Shown: in pieces, positions 8,771 through 16,724 of the stretch
Numbering within the stretch: position 1 is the first letter of the stretch
Layout of the letters: every line of letters starts with the position of its first letter
NCBI RefSeq assembly: GCF_000019605.1
Contig: NC_010482.1
Location: 1,350,001 to 1,382,000 of the forward strand
Direction of reading: 5' to 3'
Length of the DNA stretch: 32,000 bases
From: Candidatus Korarchaeum cryptofilum OPF8
GTDB lineage: Archaea; Korarchaeota; Korarchaeia; Korarchaeales; Korarchaeaceae
Program-made: the position numbers and the translations under genes
Notes under the pieces: generated by a model
The model's input: the letters and a program-made list of their open reading frames with translations, nothing else
Told to the model about the DNA's origin: nothing
The model's database searches: none

Positions 8771-10543
8771 ATGGGCCTCTACTTCAGGGTCAGGAAGAGC
8801 GATGCCTCGGCAAGGCTCTCCGAGCTCAAGACTAAATCGGGGACTCTGATACTTCCAGAGTTCTTCCCGGTCTATAATCCGAACAAACCCGTCATCACTC
8901 CGAGGGAAATGAGTGAGATGGGAATAAAAGCGATCATAACTAACTCATATTTGATATACAGGTCTCCTGAGCTGAGGGAAGCGGCTATAGAGAGGGGGAT
9001 TCACTCCCTCCTGGGCTTCGATGGCGTAGTGATGACCGATTCCGGGGCCTACCAGATATACAGGTACGGGAGGGTCGATGTCACCAATAGCGAGATACTG
9101 CGTTTCCAACACTCCATAGGCTCCGACATAGGGAGCATCCTCGATGTCCCAATGTCATCGGAGATAGGAAGGGAGGAAGCTGAATCCGGCGTCGAGAGGA
9201 CTATAAGGAACGCTGAGGAGTGGGCCTCAATGAGGGAAGAGCTCTCAAATACGCTCTGGGTCGGAACGCCGCAGGGATCTATCTACAGGGATCTGGTGAT
9301 TAAGTGCTCCGAGAGGATAAGGGAGCTGGATTTCGATTACAATGGCGTGGGCTCTATCAAAGTAGCGCTTGAAAAATACGATTTCGTGACTCAAGTGGAT
9401 CATTTCATGTCGATAAGATCCATCCTCAGAGCTGGTAAGCCCTTCCATTTCTGGGGGATAGGCCATCCTTCGACGTTCGCCTTCTTCGCAGCTATAGGGG
9501 CTGATTCCTTCGATTCCGCATCCTACTCCCTTTACGCTGAGCAGGGGAGGTACATGACGCCCCATGGAACCCTATTACTCGATGAGATAGAGGAGTTCCC
9601 CTGCTCGTGCCCTGTCTGCTCAAGTCACGATCCCAAGGAGGTGAAAGCCATGAGTAAGGAGGAGAGGACCAAACTTTTAGCTAAACATAACCTCTACATC
9701 TCCATCAGCGAGATCAAGAAAGTCAGAGAGGCTATAAGGGGGGAGTGGTTATGGGAGCTCGTGCAGGAGAGATCCAGATTTCATCCAAACCTATATTTCG
9801 CCTTAATGCATCTATTGAGGAGGTATTCATCTCTCCTAGAGGCTAGAGAGCCTCTATTCAAATCATCCGGGCTGCAGTGCTCGGGGCCCGAGAGCTTCCT
9901 CAGGCCTGAGGTAGTGAGGGCGAGGAATAGGTTAAAATATATCCACTATAATGGGAAATTTAGGAGAGTTTTATATGGGGATGTCCCATTGGGATTAAAG
10001 TATTTATATCCATTCGGGCAGACAATATGCCCTTATGATGAGGAAGTCCAGGATGAGCCGGAAGATGATGAGATAATCACATGCGTCCTCTCATATCAAT
10101 ACGAATTCCCCTTCCCCAAGCTCCCTGCTATTATGAGGAGATCCAAAAGCACTGGAACGCTCAGGGAAGTCTCACTGGAGGGCAAAGTCATAGGTCACTT
10201 CAGGCCGAACGACGGGGCCTTCATACCGACGCTGGATGGCGCTTCCCTCATACTGAGTCACCTCCCCTACCCCAAGGGGAGGGTCGTCGTCAAGGGGCTT
10301 TTCTCGGATACAGTAGCCAGGGGGACGACTGTCTTCGTCAAGTTCGTGAAGGAGGCTGATCCCTCCATAAGGCCGAAGAGCGAAGTTATAGTTGTTAATG
10401 AGTCCGATGAATTGCTCGCGACAGGTAAAGCGGTGCTATCGGGGGTTGAATATCATCAATATCATCCGGATCATCCCTTCATAATAATAAGGAGGCATGT
10501 GAAACCTAGATCGGAAGAAAAGCCTCCTGAAGTAGATTCATAG
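8771..10543 (+). CDS. tgtA: archaeosine tRNA-guanine transglycosylase (ArcTGT) with C-terminal PUA region
   Basis: 590 aa with the TGT barrel motif MTDSGAYQ, Zn site CSCPVCS, and C-terminal extension domains typical of archaeal TGT. GAGGAG lies 5 nt upstream of the ATG. Confidence 0.9.
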   Translation: MGLYFRVRKSDASARLSELKTKSGTLILPEFFPVYNPNKPVITPREMSEMGIKAIITNSYLIYRSPELREAAIERGIHSLLGFDGVVMTDSGAYQIYRYGRVDVTNSEILRFQHSIGSDIGSILDVPMSSEIGREEAESGVERTIRNAEEWASMREELSNTLWVGTPQGSIYRDLVIKCSERIRELDFDYNGVGSIKVALEKYDFVTQVDHFMSIRSILRAGKPFHFWGIGHPSTFAFFAAIGADSFDSASYSLYAEQGRYMTPHGTLLLDEIEEFPCSCPVCSSHDPKEVKAMSKEERTKLLAKHNLYISISEIKKVREAIRGEWLWELVQERSRFHPNLYFALMHLLRRYSSLLEAREPLFKSSGLQCSGPESFLRPEVVRARNRLKYIHYNGKFRRVLYGDVPLGLKYLYPFGQTICPYDEEVQDEPEDDEIITCVLSYQYEFPFPKLPAIMRRSKSTGTLREVSLEGKVIGHFRPNDGAFIPTLDGASLILSHLPYPKGRVVVKGLFSDTVARGTTVFVKFVKEADPSIRPKSEVIVVNESDELLATGKAVLSGVEYHQYHPDHPFIIIRRHVKPRSEEKPPEVDS

Positions 10544-11045
10544 CTTCTTCTCTCGCTTTCCTATCTATATTTACGGAGACCATCCCTACCCCCGGCTGGC
10601 CGTAGACCATGACCCACCCCTCAGGAGGTAATATTATCGCTGGAAATCCTAATAGATCCTCTTCCCCATCCACAATTACTGCAGCATTTTTACCAGATAA
10701 TGAGATTTCTATTGCTTTTCTTACCTTGAGCCATGCCTCCCTCATGAGGGTACCAGCTGGGTTCCTAGCTACGAGTATGAGGTAATCGTCCAAGTAGAAG
10801 ATAGTGGAGCAATTCATCTCCCTCCTCTCCTTCAAGTCTATTATAGCTACCTCCGGCCTCCTCCCGGATCCCAGCAGTTCCCTAGTGACCCTATCCCCAA
10901 CGGATATTATCCTCTTATTCTCTAAAATATCCAAGCTTTTAATTATGCTTCCCTTAATTTCGGAGACCTTCCCTCTCTTATCCTCTAATAATTTTAAGTC
11001 GAACAGCATATCAATCCCGTCCTCGGATAAAAAGCGACCCGGCAT
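10506..11045 (-). CDS. DUF359 protein, GTP-dependent dephospho-CoA kinase family
   Basis: Family motifs VGDRVT, AIIDLKERR, NPAGT, VDGEEDL and YGQPGVG. In-frame ATGs occur at 11111, 11045 and 11009. The 11111 extension is S/P/T-rich and runs antisense into the neighbouring gene, so a shorter form is preferred. The choice between 11045 and 11009 is unresolved. Confidence 0.8.
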   Translation of the reverse strand: MPGRFLSEDGIDMLFDLKLLEDKRGKVSEIKGSIIKSLDILENKRIISVGDRVTRELLGSGRRPEVAIIDLKERREMNCSTIFYLDDYLILVARNPAGTLMREAWLKVRKAIEISLSGKNAAVIVDGEEDLLGFPAIILPPEGWVMVYGQPGVGMVSVNIDRKAREEAMNLLQEAFLPI

Positions 11046-11059
11046 AAGGTTAGTGGACG

Positions 11060-12565
11060 ATGTTCCTAATATTGGATGCGCTAGCTGCTGGCGAGGGGAG
11101 GAGACTATCATCGCTGGACGTCATAGGGGCAGGACCCAGGCTTTTAGCAGGCATTCTGGAGAGATTCGACCTGGAATACGAGATTCTCAGGATTGAGGAT
11201 TTCATCAGGATCGGGAGGAAGTTCAAAGGGGTTGCTCTAGTTAGCGCTATGACCATGGATGAGCCGGCTGTCTCGAGGGCCTCTAAGCTAATTGAGGGCG
11301 TTAAGATATTGGGCGGGCCCATCACATCAGATCTCAGCTCTGTGAGGAGGCTAGGATTCGATCTGGGAGTCTGGGGTGAAGGGGAGATTTCCCTAGAATC
11401 TCTCTTGATAAGGGGACTTTCCGATGGTATAATCCCGGATATCGGAGGGATCCCTAACATCATATTGCCCAATGGCAGGACTGAGTTCAGGTATCTATCC
11501 AGAGAGGAGTTCATGAAGTTCGAACCTTCAACTAGAGCGATAAAATATTATAGGACTGTCCCTCACTATAGGAGCTCTAGAGTTTATGTGGAGGTCCAGA
11601 GGAGCTGCTCCAATTTCTACAGGCCCAGGTTGATCGCTTCCCCGGATATATGCAGGGGCTGCCAATCCTTATGCTCCGAGATTTGTCCGCAGAACATACC
11701 TCCGGGATGCGGTTACTGCTCGATACCCTCCCTCTACGGGCCTCCGAAGTCGAGGAGTGAGGAGAGCATATTGAGGGAGATAGAGGAATTAGCGATAGCT
11801 GGAGTCAGGAGGTTCGTTTTGAGCGGTGCTGATTTCCTCGAATATGGGAGGGACCTCATCTCAACGCCCTTGACGAACCCGAGGGATCCAGGACCTAACT
11901 TAGATGCTATAGATTCGCTGCTATCTAAAGTTAAGGGTTTAGCGGAGAGGTACTCTTTCTTCTTCGAGATCGAGAACGTGAAGCCCTGCCTCGTGAACGA
12001 AGAAGTTGCCTACACGCTCAGCAAATATCTCAAGGGTACCCCCATCCATATAGGAGTGGAGACAGGAGATCCTGATCACGCTAGATTGATAGGGAGGCCA
12101 TGCAGCCCGGAAGATTCATTGAGAGCTATTAAGATCCTCAAGAAGTATGGGCTGAGACCTTACGCTTACTTCATACACAGCCTCCCAGGGCAGAGTGAGC
12201 GTGTGGCTAAGAAGACGCTGGAGATGATGAGAGCTGTTTATGATGCTGGGGCTGAGAAGATAACAATTTACAGGTTCAAACCACTTCCAGGGACAGCCTT
12301 CCAGGATTTTGAGGTCAAGGTAGATCGTAACTCAAGGATGATAAGCGATCTTGCGATCGATCTTAATAGGAGGAGGAAGGAGGAGCTCTTGGGGAAGATA
12401 ATGGAGGTTATAGTAGCGCCCAAGACTGGGAGGTACTGCTACGCATATCCGATAAATGGCGGTCCGGTGGTGAGGCTGAATAAGGGCTTGAGGGCCGGAA
12501 GTGTCGTTAAAGTGAGGATAAAGCGCGTGATATCGGATAGAATGGTTGAAGGTATAGTGGTCTGA
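11060..12565 (+). CDS. radical SAM domain protein with C-terminal TRAM-like domain
   Basis: 501 aa. Cys-rich segment SCSNFYRPRLIASPDICRGCQSLCSEICPQNIPPGCGYCSIP, followed by a typical radical-SAM barrel pattern (SRSEESILREIEEL, SGADF). The C-terminal beta-rich tail (VVKVRIKRVISDRMVEGIVV) resembles TRAM. Confidence 0.7.
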   Translation: MFLILDALAAGEGRRLSSLDVIGAGPRLLAGILERFDLEYEILRIEDFIRIGRKFKGVALVSAMTMDEPAVSRASKLIEGVKILGGPITSDLSSVRRLGFDLGVWGEGEISLESLLIRGLSDGIIPDIGGIPNIILPNGRTEFRYLSREEFMKFEPSTRAIKYYRTVPHYRSSRVYVEVQRSCSNFYRPRLIASPDICRGCQSLCSEICPQNIPPGCGYCSIPSLYGPPKSRSEESILREIEELAIAGVRRFVLSGADFLEYGRDLISTPLTNPRDPGPNLDAIDSLLSKVKGLAERYSFFFEIENVKPCLVNEEVAYTLSKYLKGTPIHIGVETGDPDHARLIGRPCSPEDSLRAIKILKKYGLRPYAYFIHSLPGQSERVAKKTLEMMRAVYDAGAEKITIYRFKPLPGTAFQDFEVKVDRNSRMISDLAIDLNRRRKEELLGKIMEVIVAPKTGRYCYAYPINGGPVVRLNKGLRAGSVVKVRIKRVISDRMVEGIVV

Positions 12566-12581
12566 GGGTCCTCCGAAATAA

Positions 12582-12586
12582 TTTTT
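12582..12586 (+). terminator. oligo-T tract after the radical SAM gene
   Basis: T5 run 17 nt after TGA 12563-12565, at the start of a roughly 250-nt AT-rich spacer. Confidence 0.3.
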
Positions 12587-12819
12587 CAATTATCGCAAAA
12601 TTGTAAAAAGCATATAATTATGGCAATAAATTCGAATTTTCCATTATGAATCGGACCCTATTAAATTAAATCTTTAATGAATGTGAGATAATATAAAATT
12701 ATTTTCATTAAGATAAATTGATGGAAAAGTTTATAAAGGAGTATCTCCTAGTAATTTAGTGCATTGGTTATCACATGCATTTTTGTGCCGTGTAATAGTC
12801 AATGCGCTGAAACAAGAAG

Positions 12820-14739
12820 ATGAGAAAAATGAGTAGAGAATTTGTATTCATCTTGATGATGAGTCTCTCGCTCCTAGTGATATCTCCAGCGCTCGCTGAT
12901 AGTTGGAAGATGGTTAAAGTCACGACTACCATCGGGGGAACTGTGAAATGCGAGGTCACGAAGGGATCATATCATTACGTTCATTTGATAGGTGAAGCTG
13001 ATACTGATGTCTTCTGGGCTATAGCAGGGAGTAAATTAGTCTGTACGCCGTATCCGAAGTCGGGATACGAATTCGATGGATGGACGGGGACACCTGGGGA
13101 CCTGCAGGAGAACAATTACGTTAAGAACGTGAATGATGGAGTCGATATCGTCGCTCACTTCAAGCCGAGCAAAGTTAAGGTCACCTTCACATACAGTGGA
13201 TCGAGTATAGCTCCTGAAGTCACATATCAAGTCAGCGGTTCTTCACCGCAAACAGAGACAGCTCCCTTCTCGATTCAAGTTGATAAGGGAAAGAGCATAA
13301 CTTTCAGTTATGAGACACAGATGGGTAACGGGGGCACACGTTACATACTCGATTCAGTGTCACATTCCTCGCCAATTACTGCTAATTGCGATATGACCAT
13401 TAGGGCGACTTACCATACTGAGTACTACCTGAAGGTCATCTCAGCTCACGATACTCCAACGCCAGCGTCGGGATGGTTCGTGGAGGGTGAAGAGATAACA
13501 GCTGAAGTCAGCTCTCCAGTTGGTGGAGGGGGCTCGCGCTACATCTGCACCGGTTGGACCGGATCAGGGAGCGTTCCGAGCTCAGGCTCTCAAAAAAGCG
13601 TTACTTTCAAGATAAATGAACCCTCTAGCATAACTTGGAATTGGGAAACGCAGTACCTAGTTACCTTCAGACAGATGGGTCTAGGAAGCGATGCTCATGG
13701 ATTAGTAGTAACAGTGAATGGTGAGGATAAGGATTTAACGGATATGCCTTACGCGCTCTGGGTCGACGAGGGTAAGTACGTCAAGTACAATTACCAGACG
13801 ACCGTTAATGGAATATCGAAGTACTGGCTTCAGAAGGTCATAGGTCCCAGTTCGCAGATAAAGGTGAATAAACAGACCATAGTAACGGGAATTTACCTGA
13901 ACATGAGCTCATTCAATGATATGAACATCTTTGGAGATGGTTTCCGTCTCATTTACACGGAGGATAAGTGGAATCCATTGACTTATAAGTTGACTGCGAG
14001 CGGACCCGGTCAGTTCCAGTATAGCGTGTTCTACCTCGGTACGCCAGGTGAGGATATAACGATGGATGTGAGCATCCCTTACCCGTTCACGACAGTGGGC
14101 GATAATCCAGTGAGGGCTTATGGCTACGTTGAGACAATAGGACCGGGGATGATCGAGCCATCCCAAGAGCTCAAGTACTTCAAGATAACTGGAACTGAAA
14201 CTACAACAGGATCCGGATCTCTAGGTATTGTCCTAGCTGATTATGGAGAGAACGTAGCGACCGCGACGAGCAAACTCGTGATAAGAGCTAGTGGCACCGT
14301 TCCTGAAACGGGATTGGTGATGTTAACTGTGCAGCTAGAATATGGACTTAAGGGGAGCGTTGGCTATACAGCTGATAGCAGTAGTAATGCTATGATCGGA
14401 TTCGGCGAGAGGATAACCAATAATGAGGCCTACACCTTCTCATATACAGTGGGCAAGGAATCAGGTAATACCACGATTCACAATGAGAATATATTCAAGG
14501 CGAATAATGGTTTCGCGGGAATAGTGACGGATGAGGATGGAAATCCGATAGAAGGAGCCAGAGTCTATCTCTATGGCCCATATGGGAACTTCATAGGCAG
14601 CACGCTCACCGACTCTGACGGATGGTATGGTTTCTCTTACAAGCACAGCGGAGGACCAGCTTCATATACTCTGAGTTGCAATGGCGTCGTGAAGACTGTC
14701 AACGTGTTCTCAGGTCAGAAGTCCGTAGTGGACTTCTAA
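12820..14739 (+). CDS. secreted repeat-domain surface protein (InlB B-repeat-like domains plus C-terminal carboxypeptidase-regulatory-like domain)
   Basis: N-terminal signal peptide (MRKMSREFVFILMMSLSLLVISPALA|DS). Motifs GYEFDGWTG and RYICTGWTGSGSVPSSGS are typical of Listeria-Bacteroides/divergent InlB B-repeat domains, in about 80-aa repeats. The C-terminal GIVTDEDGNPIEGARVYLYG...TDSDGWYGF is typical of the CarboxypepD_reg fold. There is no C-terminal TM anchor. Confidence 0.8.
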   Translation: MRKMSREFVFILMMSLSLLVISPALADSWKMVKVTTTIGGTVKCEVTKGSYHYVHLIGEADTDVFWAIAGSKLVCTPYPKSGYEFDGWTGTPGDLQENNYVKNVNDGVDIVAHFKPSKVKVTFTYSGSSIAPEVTYQVSGSSPQTETAPFSIQVDKGKSITFSYETQMGNGGTRYILDSVSHSSPITANCDMTIRATYHTEYYLKVISAHDTPTPASGWFVEGEEITAEVSSPVGGGGSRYICTGWTGSGSVPSSGSQKSVTFKINEPSSITWNWETQYLVTFRQMGLGSDAHGLVVTVNGEDKDLTDMPYALWVDEGKYVKYNYQTTVNGISKYWLQKVIGPSSQIKVNKQTIVTGIYLNMSSFNDMNIFGDGFRLIYTEDKWNPLTYKLTASGPGQFQYSVFYLGTPGEDITMDVSIPYPFTTVGDNPVRAYGYVETIGPGMIEPSQELKYFKITGTETTTGSGSLGIVLADYGENVATATSKLVIRASGTVPETGLVMLTVQLEYGLKGSVGYTADSSSNAMIGFGERITNNEAYTFSYTVGKESGNTTIHNENIFKANNGFAGIVTDEDGNPIEGARVYLYGPYGNFIGSTLTDSDGWYGFSYKHSGGPASYTLSCNGVVKTVNVFSGQKSVVDF

Positions 14740-14747
14740 ACACCCCC

Positions 14748-14753
14748 TTTTTT
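14748..14753 (+). terminator. oligo-T terminator after the secreted-protein gene
   Basis: CCCCC followed by T6, 9 nt after TAA 14737-14739. Confidence 0.4.
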
Positions 14754-14902
14754 AAGAAATCTCTGAGAGTTCCTTCTCATAATTCGAGCCCTAATTTTCC
14801 CAGAAAAGAATTCTAAATTTTGAGGACATCATAGGCCTCAGGATTACATGGAAACTTACTAAAGCGTTTTAAAAAGAGTTCCAAGGGGCGGGTATTGAGG
14901 GA

Positions 14903-14976
14903 TGGGGCCGCCGGGATTTGAACCCGGGACCACCAGCGCCCCAGGCTGGCATCCTACCTAGCTAGACCACGGCCCC
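14903..14976 (-). tRNA. tRNA-Pro (anticodon GGG)
   Basis: The reverse complement folds as a cloverleaf. Acceptor GGGGCCG/CGGCCCC. Anticodon stem CCAGC/GCTGG with loop CTGGGGC (anticodon GGG, G37). T arm CCGGG-TTCAAAT-CCCGG. Discriminator A. 74 nt, no intron, CCA not encoded. Confidence 0.93.
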
Positions 14977-14995
14977 CTCTAACATGGGCCTTCAA

Positions 14996-15003
14996 TTTTA
15001 AAA
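14996..15003. promoter_or_regulatory. palindromic TATA-like box TTTTAAAA between tRNA-Pro and the DUF92 gene
   Basis: The centre lies about 24 nt upstream of the tRNA 5' end (14976, minus strand) and about 33 nt upstream of ATG 15033 (plus strand). Confidence 0.5.
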
Positions 15004-15032
15004 ACAATTATTCCAAGGTGACTAGATTATAA

Positions 15033-15818
15033 ATGTTGTATGGGGACGCCGCAGTGCTCGCTAGCCTCGTATCGATCTTCGTCGTCGGATCGCTGGGCTA
15101 TATTAAGGGAGCTGTCGATAAGAGCGGTCTAGCTGCAGGCATATTAATTGGCTCACTCTTCGCCCTATCTGGAGGCCTCATAGCTGTCATCATGCTCATA
15201 ACCTTCTTCCTAATAGGGAGCTTCTTCACAAAGTATGGCTACTCGAGGAAGGAGAGCCTAGGAGCTGCGGAGCCGAAGAAAGGAGCTAGAGGATGGAAGA
15301 ACGTCCTCTCAAATTTATTCTTCCCTTCATTAGCTATAATACTTTATCGATTGAGCTCCGATAGCGCTTATGCCCTCGCTTTCGTGTCCTCTATCTCCTG
15401 CTCCCTGGCGGACACTCTGGGTAGCGAGATAGGGCTCCTAGATAGGAGGGGGCCCTGGATAATAACTAGCATGAGGAGAGCACAGCCAGGTACTTCAGGC
15501 GCTATCTCGATCCTGGGAACTATCTCCAGCATCCTGGGATCCTTCATAATACCCATCGAGGCCTTTCAATTCGGGATCCTGAGCTTCAACGAGCTCTTCA
15601 TATCATCCATGATAGCCTTCTCCTCCTCCATGCTCGATTCCTTGCTAGGGGCTACGATCCAGGCGAAATACCTATGCGATGGTAGGATAGTGGAGGATCC
15701 CTCTTACTGTAGCGAAGCTGAGCTATTGAGTGGATTCCGCTTCATAGATAACCATGCTGTCAATCTAATTTCCACTGGCTTCGCTTTCCTCCTCTCACTG
15801 ATTGAGGGGATAGTATGA
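15033..15818 (+). CDS. DUF92/TMEM19-family integral membrane protein (family includes the plant phytyl-phosphate kinase VTE6)
   Basis: 261 aa with multiple hydrophobic helices and the conserved loop KKGARGWKNVLSN typical of DUF92. Confidence 0.7.
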   Translation: MLYGDAAVLASLVSIFVVGSLGYIKGAVDKSGLAAGILIGSLFALSGGLIAVIMLITFFLIGSFFTKYGYSRKESLGAAEPKKGARGWKNVLSNLFFPSLAIILYRLSSDSAYALAFVSSISCSLADTLGSEIGLLDRRGPWIITSMRRAQPGTSGAISILGTISSILGSFIIPIEAFQFGILSFNELFISSMIAFSSSMLDSLLGATIQAKYLCDGRIVEDPSYCSEAELLSGFRFIDNHAVNLISTGFAFLLSLIEGIV

Positions 15819-16546
15819 GGGTCTCCGTGGTGGTGCCGACTTACAATGAGGAGGATTACATCGAGAGGTCCTTGAGAGCTCTGAGGAACGTTGGGGCTCA
15901 TGAAATAGTTGTTGTAGATGGTGGAAGCCGCGATAGGACTTTGGAGATAGCTGAGAAATACGCTGATATCATAGAAAGCTCTAGCTCCTTGGACTCCCCC
16001 GCTAAAGCTAGGAATGCGGGGATAAAGCTGTCCACCGGGGATCTGGTGGCCTTCATAGATGCCGATACTGTCGTATCCACGAGCTGGCTCGAAGCCATAA
16101 TGAAGTGCTTCAGGAACGAGAAGGTAGTTGGGGCATCAGGCCCCGCTTATCCGCTCGAGAATGATAGCCTCTTAATCGCACCTTACATATTCGTTTACGA
16201 TATACTCGTTAGAATGACTCTACTAGTAGGTAGGCCCCACTTCCTGGGTTTCAACTGCGTCTACAGGAGGGATTTCCTAGAGAGGGTTTCCGGGTTCGAT
16301 GAGAGAGTCAGAGTATCTGAAGATGCTCTACTCTCGATGGAAGCTATTAAATATGGAGAGCTGAAATTTCTGAAGGATATGTCCGTTTATACATCGGCCA
16401 GGAGGCTTAAAACGAGGGGGATCGCCGAGAGCCTCTTCTACTTATTCTACAATGGGCCCTCCGTCATATTCCTGGATAAGCCATTCAATTACTACCCTAG
16501 ATCTTCAGAAAGTCCGAGAGAGAATCGTAAAGGTGAACGAGCCTAA
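15815..16546 (+). CDS. family 2 glycosyltransferase
   Basis: N-terminal VSVVVPTYNEE and a DxD motif (IDADT); 243 aa. ATGA overlap with the DUF92 stop indicates translational coupling. Confidence 0.85.
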   Translation: MRVSVVVPTYNEEDYIERSLRALRNVGAHEIVVVDGGSRDRTLEIAEKYADIIESSSSLDSPAKARNAGIKLSTGDLVAFIDADTVVSTSWLEAIMKCFRNEKVVGASGPAYPLENDSLLIAPYIFVYDILVRMTLLVGRPHFLGFNCVYRRDFLERVSGFDERVRVSEDALLSMEAIKYGELKFLKDMSVYTSARRLKTRGIAESLFYLFYNGPSVIFLDKPFNYYPRSSESPRENRKGERA

Positions 16547-16724
16547 GTACGCTATTTATGATGGCTCTAACCCTGGCAGGTCTATCCTCAATCTCTATTG
16601 AGACCTCATTCCCGATTATCTCCGGTTTAAGATCTATGAAGTCTGGGTAGAATGCTCTGAAGAAATCAGAGGCCTCCTCAGCACTCCCGAACTCTATCCT
16701 GAGTCTAGCTGAGACCTTCGCCAT
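16497..16724 (-). CDS. pcc1: KEOPS subunit Pcc1-like protein
   Basis: 75 aa with the pattern ARLRIEFGSAEEA...VSIEIEDRPARVRAIINSVLRLV, typical of the Pcc1/CTAG family. Its position after Brix in the exosome superoperon fits. Confidence 0.7.
   Translation of the reverse strand: MAKVSARLRIEFGSAEEASDFFRAFYPDFIDLKPEIIGNEVSIEIEDRPARVRAIINSVLRLVHLYDSLSDFLKI

Noticed and set aside
11046-11111. 22-codon N-terminal extension of the DUF359 gene (ATG 11111).
   Set aside because: It would overlap the divergent radical SAM gene by 52 nt and encodes an S/P/T-rich segment with no counterpart in the family.
12566-12819. Search for an att-like duplicate of the tRNA-Pro 3' half in the AT-rich spacer, as evidence for an integrated element carrying the secreted-protein gene.
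   Set aside because: Only a weak resemblance was found (TGAATCGGACCC versus TGAACCCGGGACC). There is no integrase between the sites. The evidence is not sufficient to call an integrated element.
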